A stretch of 64,000 bases of DNA from assembly GCF_011386835.1 (NCBI RefSeq), contig NC_088801.1, positions 34,286,001-34,350,000 of the forward strand. The letters are read 5' to 3'. This stretch comes from Chrysemys picta bellii. Lineage: Eukaryota. Below, piece by piece: positions 50,589-64,000 of the stretch. Below the pieces are notes generated by a model. That model did no database searches. It was not told the origin of the DNA and saw nothing but the letters and a program-made list of their open reading frames with translations. Within the stretch, counting starts at the first letter, position 1. Each line of letters begins with the position of its first letter. Made by a program: the position numbers and the translations under genes.

Positions 50589-52500
50589 CAGGAATTGACA
50601 TCCTGGATCAGAGCAGTGGTCCATCTACACAAATGTCCTGTTTCTGACAATGGCCTGTACCAGATGTATTTCAGAAGAAGATGCCAGAAACCTGTCAGTA
50701 AGCATTTATGGAATAACCTTCCCATAGGGAAAGTTTCTTCCTAACCTTGATCAGTTAGAAATTGGTTTATGCTCTGAATCACAAGGATTTATATCCCTTC
50801 ACATATTTTTTAAACCTATCTAATGTACAGTAGATGATAATGTTGTCTAGATACATTTCTCAACTCTTTTTGAATCATGCTAAACTCTTGGCCTCAATAA
50901 TCTCGTGTATCAATAAGTTCCACAGGATAATTATGTATTGTGTAAATGTAAACATTTCCTTTTATTATTTTTAAATGTATTGCCTCTGTAAGTAATTGAA
51001 TAGCCTCTCATTATTGTACTATGTATGTTCTTTATACCATTGATTTATTTAATATTATAAGATTTTCAATATTGAAAATCCCATTTCTTTTGCATTCTAC
51101 CATTTTGTTTGTTTTTTTGACCCTTGCTCTGCACTGAGCAGAGATTTTCATTGAACTGACTTTTATGAGGCACAAGTCTTATTTCTGAGTGGTTACCAAA
51201 ATGTATTTGAGTAGTTTAAATTATTCCTTCTTATGTGCCTTACCTTGCATTTGTCAACACTGAATTTCACCTTCCATTATATATATTATTCAATGGGCTT
51301 TGTTAGATCCTACTGAAATTCCCCATAGCCTTCTCTGATCTTGAATAATTTAAATCATTGTGTCATCTACAACTGTTGCCACTTCACTATCCATTCCCCT
51401 TTCCAGATCACTGATACTTATATTATTTATTTCCATTTAAGTATACGAAAATGTTAAACAACCAATGGCCCTGGTATGACACTCTGGGCCACCCAACTAT
51501 TAAACTTTTGTATGTTCAAAACTGACCATTTATTTCTCTTCTTTGTTTTCAGTCTCTGAACTAGCTTCTAATCCATGACTGAACTTCTCCTTTCACTCTG
51601 TGACTACTCAGTTTCCTTGACAGAGTCTTCCAAGAAGTTTTCTGAAAGTCCATCTAAATTATGGGCTCTTATTCTCCTTCACTCACTACTTTGCTGATAT
51701 ACTCAAACCATTCTAGTAGATTAGAGAAGCAAGATTTTTCTTTATCGAATCTTTGCTGCTTTGCCACTATTTAGTCATTTTTATCTGGGTGTTTTATAAT
51801 TCTAGTCTTAATTATAGTTTCAACCAGTATACTTAGTGCTGAAATAAGGCTTACTGGTCTGTAATTCCCAGGAGCATCCTTAATGCTTTCTTTAAAAAAA
51901 AAAAAAAAAAAAAAAAAGGCAGTTCTAACATTTGCTACCCTGCTGATAACAGCCAATTTTCATGAGACATTGCGTGCTTTTGTTAGCAGCTCAGCTACTT
52001 CCTTCTTAAATTTTCTTTAGAACTCTCAACATATGCCATCCAGTCCTGATGACTTGTTGGTCTTACTTTGTCAGTTTGTTCCAATACCTCTTCTTTTGAC
52101 ACCTCAGTCTCTGACCTTTCTTACCTCAAAAGGATAGGTGTCTCCCCAGCATCCTCTGTGGTGAAGACTACTTTAAAAAAAAATTCCTGCAATGCTTCTT
52201 AATTACTCCCTTTACTCCTTAATAGGCCATCAGATCTACCAATTCCTTCGCAGCATTATTGCTTCTGATATATTTAAAGTATGTCTTGTTATTATATATA
52301 TATCTTTGATAATTTGCTCTCTAAATTTCCATTTACCATCCTACAATTTATCTTCCAGTTTATGATCCTTTTTATTCACTTCAGTGAGGTGAGATTTTCA
52401 TTTTAATTTCCTTAATTTCGACTTTGGGATTTTTTGGACATTTTCATCATTTTTTTACTCCTTGGACAATGTTGTTTTTAATTACTTTGTGCGAACTGTT
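50586..52500 (-). mobile_element. Old degraded CR1 LINE
   Basis: CR1-type 3' end at ~50586 (GGATCAGAGCAGTGGTCCATCTAC) and ORF2 peptide KDAPGNYRPVSL at 51771-51956. Confidence 0.75.
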
Positions 52501-52508
52501 ACTCTTTG

Positions 52509-52720
52509 TGGCTCAAAGCCAGCCCACTTATCAAAAACCGTTACAGACAGTTGTCATTCACTGGCCTAAGTAAAATGTGTTAATGGTGTCAGTTCAGTTC
52601 CTCGTGGTTCCCTGACTACAGAAGAGATGACAAAAAAAGAACAGACAACCTTGTTGATAGTCTCAGCAAAGAGACAGTATGCCTGGGGAATGAGCAACCT
52701 TCCCACCCTTAGAGAGGTTG
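52509..52720 (+). mobile_element. LF-SINE body fragment
   Basis: Blocks GGCTCAAAGCCAGCCCA, TGGCCTAAGTAAAATGTGTTAATGGTGTCAGTTCAGTTCCTCGTGG and ACCTTGTTGATAGTCTCAGCAAAGAG match the recalled LF-SINE consensus in order. Confidence 0.65.
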
Positions 52721-55700
52721 AACTTTGGTGTGGCATTGTAAAGAATTTTGCAATGTTACTTCTAAGATTGACCTATTTTGTGAATAAGCAAAGCTCTTTA
52801 GTCTCTCAGGCTTTCAAATTCTCCTTTTCATTACGGTGAATTTTGTGATGTGGAGTTGAATACCTGTTCTCTGTGAACTGGACTGCAAGTAAACATCCAT
52901 TTGGTCCCACACTATAGCTCTGTAATAACTCCTTTCCGGCTATCTGAATCTTCTTGCTTTTGTAGAGCCAATTTCATGGCTCAACTATGGCTGCAGTGCA
53001 GAGCCTGTCAAAGATGTACCATCTAGGCTCCGTAGGCATGGATGATGCTCTGGGACAGCTACAGAAAGTTTCTGCAACTCTCCAACAGTGTTCCCTGCCC
53101 CAAACCTCATTCCATCTGAGCACTAAAGGATGACACTGAGGAATCAATGATCAAGTAGACAACAGTTTTAATTGCCTCAGCTCCATACAGGGGTGGGTTT
53201 CTCCGCAGCTGATTACCAGCCAGGAGATTAAGTGGACCATACCACTCAACAGACATTTCCCTGGCTGACAGCTCCAAAGTCAAGCTGATAAATGGGAGCA
53301 AAAGACAAGTCCTTTAGATCAATGATTTTCACCCTCCCAAAGATGTTCAAGGTCAGGGAGGGCTCACTTACCACAGGTCTCTAGTTGACAGAGGGATTAG
53401 AATCTAGGCAGGGCTGCTCAAGTGTGGGTAGCTCTCCTCTTTCCATATTTCCAAGCAGCTCTGCACCAGCTACCCACTGAATCAGTATGGATCCCATCAC
53501 CACCCCTTGCACACTGGGCCTAGCCATGCTTAGGAGTACTTGGTCTGATGCACTTTCACTTTATATGATGGTCTGTTATTTTTCCTCCCTTGTAGCTGCA
53601 TAGACAAGGCTGAGGGCTTGGCTCATATTGAGGAAACGTAAATCAGCCTCCAGATCATCTGAATATCTTATATATCTAGTTTAACTTTTTTTAAATGACT
53701 GAAAGTCTATGATTAAGTTTCAGAGTGAAACGGTTACTTTAAGACATTACAGTTGGTCTAACCTGTTTAATAAACCTAATTTATGATGTGAGATAACAGA
53801 GCGTGCTATGACTGACTGCACAGCATCATTGTGGAAGTAATTTGTGTGAATCATACTGCTAAAAGAAAACATGTTACGTGATCAGCCCTAAGTAATCAGA
53901 TGTACTGCTTAGAGAGCAGTAATCTTCATTGTTTTTACTACAGCACAGAATAGCCAAAAGGACTAGTTATCTCAGCTGTAAATATCAGAGTTACAGAATC
54001 ACAGCTGGAAAGTCATGGCTCCCTACCCTGGCACAGTCTCTCCCATAGCTATATCAGCATGCCACTATTGAGGACTAAAGATGAAGAAGTTTTGCAACTT
54101 GCTCCTGCTATGCTTTCAATCGAGTGTATTGTCATCTTTAGCAATTCTGAGATTTTTTTTGTCTGCATGTATTTAAAGCAAGTAGTACTTCTCTCTAACA
54201 TCCTCAGAGAAAATAAAATATGTGAACAAACACTCTATGATTACTGAATGCAGCAATTATTTAATTCTGACTCAGAGAGTAACTGAATGAAAGAAAAAAA
54301 TCGCATTCTTAAAGCGGGCAACACTGGAGTTTCCTCATGCATTTGGGCATAAAATGATATTCTTTGGGATGACATGATGCACAACTGGCCAAGCACAAGT
54401 ATGAATGATTTACATCTGCCTGTGATGCATTAGGTATAAGATAGCGCTTTACGTTAGATGGATTTGTTTGCTGTTCTGCTATACCAGCACCTAGCTTCTA
54501 CACTTCTATCCTATGCTATCATGGGTAAAGGGAAGTTAGCTCAGTTGGATGTAATATTTTAAAAGAAGCATCAGATACCTTTTGAAATATGCTCTGATCT
54601 TCCAGTCAGATTAATAATTGGGAGGCTGGAAGCAAACCATTAAGTCTTTGGAAAGGAAGATGAGTGTTTTGCTTGCGTTTCACCCTGCAGAAAACAGAGC
54701 CAGAGAGCTATAAAGGAAAGGAGACAGTGAAGTACTACTGTAATGATTAGTCACACAAATGAAAGGATTTAGAAATTGTAATACATGCATTCATACATGC
54801 AATAGAATATTATTTAATTCTACAATGCACCTTTACTTCACAATACCAACTGGTATGCTGATGTGTTTCCTGTAAGAAAGTATAAAAAGAGATGCACACA
54901 ACTGACAAGGAGAGGGAGGAAGCTTTGGTATTAATAAGTGCACGCATTCCCCACATTTTTATCTAAATATAGACGTCTTCTGGGACTTTTGGAAATGGTG
55001 AGAGAAGAATCAGCTGTTGAAAATATGCTAGGCTCCTCTATTGAAATACAATACCAATTACCTTTGAAACATGGGATCTGCAAAATGGAATGCTTTAAAT
55101 GCTTAGAAGGGATTCCTACAAAATCCTGTAATTCTTTGGATGAAGAAATCTCCTCATTCCAGCCCATGTGGTTTGGCCTATGGTATCTTCATTATAAAAG
55201 TAGACAAGTACACTCCTGTCAGACTCACAGTCAGGGCTGTCTGCCGCATACAATACTTAGAGGAAGGAGTCCATGCAGTGCAGGATGTTTGATGAGTAGC
55301 TCAGCAGCAAACTGAACCTCATGGTCAGAGCCTGCTGGTGTGCACGCCCCACTGTACAGAGAGACAGATGGAGGTGATGAGCTGGGGATGGCATCCAGTG
55401 CAGATATGTTGTGGGGAAGGTGGCTTGTTAATAACACTTTTGCTTCAAGCAACTACTTGTCAGCAGTAGAAGTTTCAGGATCATAGAGTTGTAGCCTCCT
55501 AAAAATTGCTGCAGCACTGACGTAACTGTTAGCTTTACTTGGTGAGGTTTAATGAAGGCGTGAGATTTAAAGCTTGCTGAGGGACTCTGGCTCTTTGCAT
55601 GCACAGCAGAGTGGCTTGTTTAGTGGAATTTCACACCCTTTCAGGTTTGAGAATTTAAGATGCTTTGGAAAGATGCAAAATATTTCACAGTAGGATTCTA

Positions 55701-57899
55701 CAGCTTGTCAGCCAAACTAGAGAAATATAGCAATAACCACCTTGCTGTTTCACAGATAAAAAGTTTCCAATGTCTAATGTGGTGGTATGCTACATTTCAA
55801 ACACCTACTGTTACTTACTCAAACAAACAAAACAAGGCCTGTTAATAATTTGTCTCCATTTGATTAACAATATTGCATAAATGAAAGTCAGAAAAAAGTA
55901 TGTTCTTAACATTAAGCACCACAGAAGAAGCAGCATTTAAAAAAAATATACAGTCAAGCATATTCAGTGACAGTAAATCTTGGCCTTTCCTCTAAGGCTG
56001 TGTAAGTATCTGTAGTTTGTTTTCACACTACTAGTGGCTAATCATAAGTGTTATCCAAATTGCAAACTTTCATCTGGCAGTGGTATCCTTTAGTAACCTT
56101 TTCCAAGACAGCTATGGCTTAAAAAGACACTATCAAGTTATTTTTCATCCTGTTTTAAATGCAGTTTTACTCACTGTTTTCACAATAGCACTTTTGCAGC
56201 TTGGCACTGAAATGTGTTTCCTTCGTGGGAAAGAATCTTCTTCCTCCACAGAGAAGCTCACAACAGATTGTTCCAACAGGGTTATTTACAATGATTGGTC
56301 TTCTGGCACTTAATTAAAAAAAAACCACAAATGACATTTAAAGCATTTGTTTAAAAATATATAAATGCCTACAAAATATTTCATGGACTTTCTAAGCAGC
56401 CAAAAGAGACAAAGTAAAATTAAAATGTGACGATGCATGGGGTAATTAAGGGAAAAAACACAAATCATAATACAAAGATGTTGCTGCAGAAGTCCTCCAG
56501 AGATGTCACTGATTGCACTAACTCTTTTATTCAATATTTTGCAGTTAACCTACTGTGATACACAAATTCCTGTTGTGCCGTGTAAGATGTCTTGTTGCAT
56601 GCAGCTATTCAGTAATCTGCTCTGGTTACGGGTGTGGTGCCTTGCACTACATCTCCCAGTGATGCTGCTGGCAGGGTCACTGTTCTATATTCAAACAAGC
56701 ATTTTGCAACACAGGTGATATTGGGTGGGTGGTTAGGACAGGTATCCCAGGTGCGATGAACACTGACACCTGACTCGTTCATAAAGGAATTTGGATTCTT
56801 TCAAAAGAAAATTAAAGGTCTCAAGGGCCCTAAGGGACCCAAAGAAAAGTTTGTTACTTTTCTTCCCGCTGAGCCTACAAGGCCCAGGAAAAGTCCAGGC
56901 TTCGTGTAGCTTTTCCACAAGAAAAACTTAAATTTTCCCATAGTGACAAATTCGGATATAAGCACTAGGTCCTGATCCTCAAGGGCTTTTCACTGCATAG
57001 CCTAAGGGGGATGACCAGGAGGAAAGGAGGAATGGCTAGAGCTCCCATTGCCTTTGCGATTCTCGGCTGTTGTGATGGTCCCTGGAGGCTATTGGTGGCC
57101 AGCACAAATTGGAACTGCCTGAAGGCAGACCAAACAAAAAGCCTAGAATTAAGGGAATGAAAAAGTCATGTATAGCCCTCTTTGCTCACAGACACCATCC
57201 TGCTTTTCAGTGTGTGCTCATCTGCCACAGCAAAGGATCAAGGCCCAGATGATTTCTGCTTTTCATCTGACTATTTTTTTATACAATTCTCCCTGTACGT
57301 CTGAGACTGTAGCATTAAACACAGTGTAAAATAGTTTGCAATAATGGGAAATCCTGCCAACTTTAAAGCAGAAGTGAAAGAGAAAACAAGAAAAGATAAG
57401 ACAGAATGAAAAATCCCAAAACAATGAAATAAAGATTTCCACTGATAGAACATCCTTATCCTCAGATCTAATCAACAACAAATATTAGAATTAATGTTAT
57501 AAAGAACTTTCTCATATCCATTTAATACATTATTTGCTATTATATTGATAGATATACAGTTAGTGTTCAAGATCTGTCTTGTGACTTTTCTGCCCTAGAC
57601 AGATGACATCTATTTTATGGATGGGATGTAATATTGTTTGTTGGTCCTGGATTTGTTTTATTGTGAGATTACTGATGCTATAGGATTTGTGCAGGATTTT
57701 ATTGTACTTATGCTTTAATAGACTGGGATTTTTTTACTGTAAGATTATTTATTAGTTATTGGTTTATGGATCTGGAATGGCACTGCTATTTTTGTTTATA
57801 TGGCATCACTGGCAAAAATGATGGTCCACAGACAAGTAAGAAGACAACATTCCAGTCCCAAGAAATTTCCATTTAAGAATCTAATCATGCAAGGTGCGA

Positions 57900-58292
57900 A
57901 GCAACGAAAAGAATAAAAGCTTTAGAAAACCCGACCTATGAAAATAGGTTGGAAAAAACTGGGCATGTTTAGTCTTGGGAAAAGAAGACTGGGGGTAATA
58001 ACTGATAAAAATCTCCAAATATATTAGAGGATGCTGTCTATATCCAGTGAAGGTTTCTTAAGAAATAGTGGCCTTAATCTGCAGCAAGGGACATTTAGAT
58101 ATTAGGAAAAACTTTCTAACAATAAGGATAATTAAAGTTTCAAGAGAGGTTGTGGAATCCCCATCACTGGAGGTTTTTAGGAACAGGTTGCACAAACATG
58201 TGTTAAGGAAGTCTAGGTGTATTTAGTCCTGCCTCAGTGCAAGGGGCTGGACTTGATGACCTCTTCAGATCCCTTCCAACCCTACAGTTCTA
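57900..58292 (+). mobile_element. CR1 LINE 3' fragment
   Basis: GGCATGTTTAGTCTTGGGAAAAGAAGACT...GAGGTTGTGGAATCCCCATCACTGGAGG...CCCTTCCAACCCTACAGTTCTA. Confidence 0.85.
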
Positions 58293-58327
58293 GTCTATTA
58301 TTATATCTTTCTGACCATAGGTACTCC

Positions 58328-59507
58328 TGTACTCACACCCACACACTACTGCAATGATATTTGTACAAAATATGCCTTGTGAGGTATCATATGAAAGCTA
58401 ACAACAAGCTAGTTATTAATATCATTGTAAAATGCATGTGTTAGCATTATATGTGAATTTTCTCTGTATGATGTTACGAGCACATGTTTAAGACAAGACA
58501 GCCTAGCCTAGGTAATGGTGTCTAGGTAAAAGAATGTGGATTTACCTCCATTTACATACACTTCTACCTCGATATAATGCGACCCGATATAACACGAATT
58601 CGGATATAACACGGTAAAGCAGTGCTCCAGGGGGGGCGGGGCTGCGCACTCCGGTGGATCAAAGCAAGTTCAATATAACGCGGTTGCACCTATAACGCGG
58701 TAAGATTTTTTGGCTCCCGAGGACAGCGTTCTATCGAGGTAGAGGTGTCTTAGCAAAACTATGGAGCTAAATCAGCAGGGGTTATTCTGTTCCTGACCCT
58801 GAGAGACAGAGAATTAACATGGAGAGACACAGAAGAGTGAAGGCCTTCCTGACTTATCAGACAACGGTATCCCTTTGGGGATATAAGGAACAGAGAGGGA
58901 CTCCATCTTTATTCTCCACCTTAGGAAACAAAGAAGCCAAGCGATCTGATCTCTGTGATGGGTCCTGGCCAGGGTGGCCAGTAAAAAGCTGGAAAGGAGA
59001 CTGGGGGTAAAAGAAACCATTTTGGACTAAGACTGTATCTTGCTAGATTAAGTTTTAGGCATGTTTTTTCACTTTTATTTGTTTGTAACCATTTCTACCT
59101 TTACCCTTTTTACTTGGTATCACTTAATCTACACTCTTTTGTTAATAAACTTGTTTAACTTTTACTATAAACCAATGTAGTGCTTTGTTTGAAAGGAGAG
59201 GTGTTTTTACCCTAATTAAATTAATAAACTGTGATGTACTGACTCTAGCAGTGCAGCGAATTCACTGTCTTCTGTGAATGCACAGTGGTGAAGCTGTGCA
59301 TTGCAAAGAAACTTCTCCGAGGAGCTCAGGGGCAGAAGTTCAGAGAGTGCTGTGAGGTGAGGCTTGGGCCAGGAGAGCCTTGAGGAATTTGTTGGTGAGG
59401 AAGACAGCAGAGACACAGCCTAATCCCCAGCAAAACTCACGCTTGCTGAGGCAGAGGGGTAACACAGTGGCTCACAGCTCTGGGTATCCCCAGCAGAGTG
59501 TGTAACA
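58328..59507 (+). mobile_element. Probable solo LTR containing a mariner MITE
   Basis: TG...CA bounded, with TATAAG at ~58882 and AATAAA at 59144-59149. No clear TSD; family recalled from turtle repeats. Confidence 0.5.
58559..58747 (-). mobile_element. Tc1/mariner MITE, same family as 3957-4129
   Basis: TIRs CACTTCTACCTCGATATAA ... CTATCGAGGTAGAGGTG with TA on the left. Reverse-complement homolog of the 3957 copy. Confidence 0.82.
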
Positions 59508-61684
59508 AACTTTATTTCCATTTTCTTGTTAGTCTGTTATGACTCCAGTTCTCTATACTGTTGCTTTTCTTCTTTTCTTTTTCGACACCTGCCTCTTCCT
59601 ATCACTTGGCATAGCAGCACTTCAGTCACAACATTCTATCTGGGTTGTAATAAATTATGTTGGATTGCTGATTAAATGAAGATTATTGTTAAATATTAAA
59701 AAGAAGCCTTTAGCCACATTTTAGCTGTCACAGATAAAAAATACTATATATATCAATGTAATCCACTTATTGGTTTATGGTCCAAAAGTCCTACAGGAAG
59801 TGCCACATGTCCACATGGTGTCCCTGAGTGCATTTTGCATTAGGACCTTCGATTGAGCTGAAAGATATATAAAAATCATATAGACAGCTCCCTACAGGCT
59901 ACACATCTGAGAAAGCTCAGGCGCATATGGTCGGTACACAGAACTTATGCTCAAAAAATGAGTACAAGAACCATATACAAGGGGCCTAATCCTACAAAAC
60001 CTCCCATGCCAGTAGTCCCACAGAAGTCAAGGTGATTTCTGGCATGATTCAGGACTGTTCTCATGAGTAACGGTTGTGTGGTCTGACCCATAACTTTTTT
60101 CAATTTTCAGAGGTATTATGGCTCAGTTCAATTCAGTTCAATATTGCAAACTATTCTGAGACATTTTATATTAAAGAAAAGGACTAGTTACTTTTGCAAA
60201 TACATTTGATTTACATTTGAAGGAAAAGCTCTAGCGCTTCTTATTGAACTTCTATATTTATAGAAAACAGACACTTCATAAATATTGAATTTTGCTATTA
60301 CTTCTCTTTTGCTGGTTTCTATACATTTGTAATTATCACTAGATCTATTCATGAAATTTTTAAAGTGGATAAATCACAAAATCAATGTTCTTTATTCTTT
60401 AAATTAAAAAAAACTCAGCCATTTTTGGATTCTGTCCCTTTGTAAATTAAATAGGAGAGAGGGGGTTAGAGGCAGAGTGTGATTCCCTGAAACTGGATTG
60501 CTGAGGGTTGATAATGGGATAGAGGACATTTGGGGGTCCCTAAAAATGAATCTAATGATCCATTTGTAGTTAAGGAGTGAATGTTTTCTGAATTCTCACA
60601 GTTTCCCCCCCCCCCCTTTTTGGAAGTCATTTTGGCTGAACTTGGATCTAAATATCCTAGATCAGTGAAGAATAAATGCTGAAGTTTTAAAACAAACGAG
60701 GGGGGAAAGTGTTCATAGGAATATGCTTGTGCCGTCACCCTTAGCTCAATTTACTTTGGGTGCTACATAGTTTGAACTCTTCTCCCAGTCATTAGTGAAT
60801 TACTTGAGGTACATATTCAAAAAAACCCAGAAAGATGGCAACAAATGTGCAAAGTTAAACTGGTTTTAAACTATATAAATTATATGGATACCTTAAAAAT
60901 ACAAAGAAGGGGCAAAATCTATTTCCAAAGTACAGATTCCACAGAAAGCAGATAACTAGGCACAGCTGTCTAAGATGTTCAAAGGACTGGGAGTGGCGTA
61001 CAGAGAATTTCCCCTGTAGGCTCCCCTGGTTTTTAACCCTAACTCAGATTGTTAGTGGCTAGAAAAGGACAAAGAAATAATCACTGAACTTCACAACTTT
61101 TTCTGTTTGGAAAACTTCCATGAAAGGAATAGGTTTTCACAAATGTCTTTATTCTTCAGAATTATTTAACAAATGTTTCAGCTAAATAAATATCTCCTTA
61201 CAGTTTGTGAGCAAACTGTATTTCTTGTGATTTATTATTTGTTATTACCACTGTCACATGGTTTTGTTTCCTGATTAGATATCTTCAATTGTAATAGAGG
61301 GAGGGTATAATCAGGTTACTGGAGTCTTTCAGGAGATACTTGTTCTCTCTCAGAAAGTGGGAGCAATTTGTGGAGTAGGAGGGGGTAGGCCAGCAGGATT
61401 AGGAAATTTTGTAGGACATTTAAAAACTTGCATCAGGGTCACTTGCCTCAGACCTTGCCTGAGGGGTCAATGCTAGAAAAAGTAGGTGAGGTTAGATTTA
61501 AAATAAATGTTCTCTTACCATATTCACCCAAAGGAATTGCTTGTGGTGAGTACATGCATATCCCAGGGACATAATGAAGGAGAGAGATGCCACACCTGCT
61601 GCTGAGTGGGAGGAGAAGTAGATTCTCTTTGTGGGGTGCCCACATTGCTAAAGTGCCTATCAGCAATTCAGCTCACCAGTTCAT

Positions 61685-61770
61685 TTTTTATTATTACATA
61701 TTTGTATCACAGAGGTATCTAGAAGCCATAACGGGGGTCAGGGCTTCATTGTGTTAGATGCTTTTCACAG
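61685..61770 (-). mobile_element. L2-like 3' tail
   Basis: TTTTATTATTACATATTTGTATCACAG...CTTCATTGTGTTAGATGCT resembles the reverse complement of the 29885 tail. Confidence 0.35.
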
Positions 61771-62841
61771 CGGTTGCAGAGATGAGTGGGTCCTCCAACT
61801 AGTCATGTCCTCCCCACCCTACTGTCACTGACCTCCTTCTGCCTCTTCCCTCCTCTGTTCTCTACCCCCCCTCACTGTTGTCCACCCATTAAGACCATCC
61901 ATTAAGACTTCCACTTTCCTCTAAAATGGATTTTGATTTGTCACAAATGCAAAACAAAAATCAAAACCAAAAAAACCAGTGTTGCCTGTGAACCTTACAT
62001 TTCTATTTCAAGAATAATTATATGTATGAAATTTTGCCCTCATGTAAAACTAAGACAAAATGGTAAATTTGGGGCCAGATTTTATTTGATGCTTAGTTTC
62101 CACTGAGTGTAGCAGCTCCCTGATTCTCTGCTGCACACTGGCTCCAGCACATTCCTACCTCCCACCCCCAGGGTAGGTGGTGTACTGGAAGCATGATGGA
62201 GAGACTTACGTTTTTGCAATCCTGAGCCAGTGGCATAGTCAGAGGGTCATTCCTGTTGGTGCAAATTAGTGCAGCCCTGCGGTGGCTTAAAGGCACATTT
62301 GCTCACCCCTTCTTCCATTCCCTTGGGTGCTATGCAGAGCATAGTTCAGCCTGACCAAAGGTTCAGGCCCAGTCAGTTTACAGGGGCAGTATTTGGCTCT
62401 GTAGGGTTAAACAGTGTCACAGCTAGAATAGCAAACCACAAACACAAAGAAATTCAGAGTCACAGACAATGGAATTCTGCCCCTTCACCCATTCATTGTG
62501 TCTGTGCATTACTACAAAGATGTTCTTATATTTTAAAGAACAGTCGTTAGGTGGAAACCCAATGCAATAACAAAATACGGAAGATTGTTCTAAGGCTGGA
62601 ATTTCTGTTTCCTCCTTTGTTTCATTTGTCTCATTATTAAGGTATAGTTTTTCTCTGCGAATAATAAACACTTTGAGCTTGAATTAATCCAAATATTTCC
62701 CCCACATCTTGCTTAGCAAAATAATAGAGATATGTTAGGCTCTCTTCTCTTGCCCATTAATGTTGTGTATCTAAATAAGCCAGGTTATCTTTTCCTTGTG
62801 AGCAATGTTTTATCTAACAGGCGCTTGCCTAGTAGTTCAGT

Positions 62842-63763
62842 NNNNNNNNNNNNNNNNNNNNNNNNNNNNNNNNNNNNNNNNNNNNNNNNNNNNNNNNNNN
62901 NNNNNNNNNNNNNNNNNNNNNNNNNNNNNNNNNNNNNNNNNNNNNNNNNNNNNNNNNNNNNNNNNNNNNNNNNNNNNNNNNNNNNNNNNNNNNNNNNNNN
63001 NNNNNNNNNNNNNNNNNNNNNNNNNNNNNNNNNNNNNNNNNNNNNNNNNNNNNNNNNNNNNNNNNNNNNNNNNNNNNNNNNNNNNNNNNNNNNNNNNNNN
63101 NNNNNNNNNNNNNNNNNNNNNNNNNNNNNNNNNNNNNNNNNNNNNNNNNNNNNNNNNNNNNNNNNNNNNNNNNNNNNNNNNNNNNNNNNNNNNNNNNNNN
63201 NNNNNNNNNNNNNNNNNNNNNNNNNNNNNNNNNNNNNNNNNNNNNNNNNNNNNNNNNNNNNNNNNNNNNNNNNNNNNNNNNNNNNNNNNNNNNNNNNNNN
63301 NNNNNNNNNNNNNNNNNNNNNNNNNNNNNNNNNNNNNNNNNNNNNNNNNNNNNNNNNNNNNNNNNNNNNNNNNNNNNNNNNNNNNNNNNNNNNNNNNNNN
63401 NNNNNNNNNNNNNNNNNNNNNNNNNNNNNNNNNNNNNNNNNNNNNNNNNNNNNNNNNNNNNNNNNNNNNNNNNNNNNNNNNNNNNNNNNNNNNNNNNNNN
63501 NNNNNNNNNNNNNNNNNNNNNNNNGGCTATCAGTCCTGCCTGTGNNNNNNNNNNNNNNNNNNNNNNNNNNNNNNNNNNNNNNNNNNNNNNNNNNNNNNNN
63601 NNNNNNNNNNNNNNNNNNNNNNNNNNNNNNNNNNNNNNNNNNNNNNNNNNNNNNNNNNNNNNNNNNNNNNNNNNNNNNNNNNNNNNNNNNNNNNNNNNNN
63701 NNNNNNNNNNNNNNNNNNNNNNNNNNNNNNNNNNNNNNNNNNNNNNNNNNNNNNNNNNNNNNN
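62842..63763. other. Two assembly gaps (62842-63524, 63545-63763) around a 20-nt island
   Basis: N runs. Confidence 1.
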
Positions 63764-64000
63764 AGTGGTTTATTCCATATACTTCTAGGTCAACATTTCA
63801 CCTGTGTAAATCCAAAAACATAGACTGCAATGTAAAGACAGTAACCTGCGTTCAAGTCCCAGGATAGTTGACATTGGGTGACCTCCTAGCTGTATTTTTT
63901 CATCTCTCTCATCAAATACATTTTGATTGTTTAAGGTTTTCAGTGATCCACAAAAAAAGAAAATAAAAGAAGAATCAGAAAATAAAGTCTATCCTGTCCT

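Noticed and set aside
54931-55452. Several overlapping ORFs up to 125 aa on both strands
   Set aside because: No recognisable family and no convincing splice context. Needs BLASTX.
56543-56716. Plus-strand open segment bounded by TTTTGCAG and CAG|GTGATA
   Set aside because: The peptide is not recognisable and no partner exons were found.

Overview
Vertebrate intergenic or intronic DNA. The repeat content (CR1 LINEs with ATTCTATG/TTCTTATG tails, a Penelope element, TCTACAC-type Harbinger MITEs, hAT MITEs, LF-SINE, MIR) points to a turtle genome; that is inference from recalled repeat families, not a database search. No host protein-coding exon could be supported, and there are six assembly gaps. 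The centrepiece is an apparently intact 5.55-kb autonomous PIF/Harbinger transposon (20584-26137). It carries an uninterrupted 433-aa DDE transposase and a convergent two-exon Myb/SANT partner that splices in frame to 347 aa. Its left arm is unusual: an ~810-bp tandem duplication with two extra copies of the transposase start (ATGGAGCCCGCTCAG). A mirror-symmetric poly(A)/G-tract region lies between the genes, and a Harbinger MITE abuts the left end within the same TTA...TTA boundary. Other notable structures are a four-layer CR1/hAT/LTR/Penelope nest with a patchwork inverted junction, two hAT MITEs stacked at one 8-bp target (ATCTACAC x3), a near-perfect 320-bp inverted duplication, and hammerhead-ribozyme remnants.
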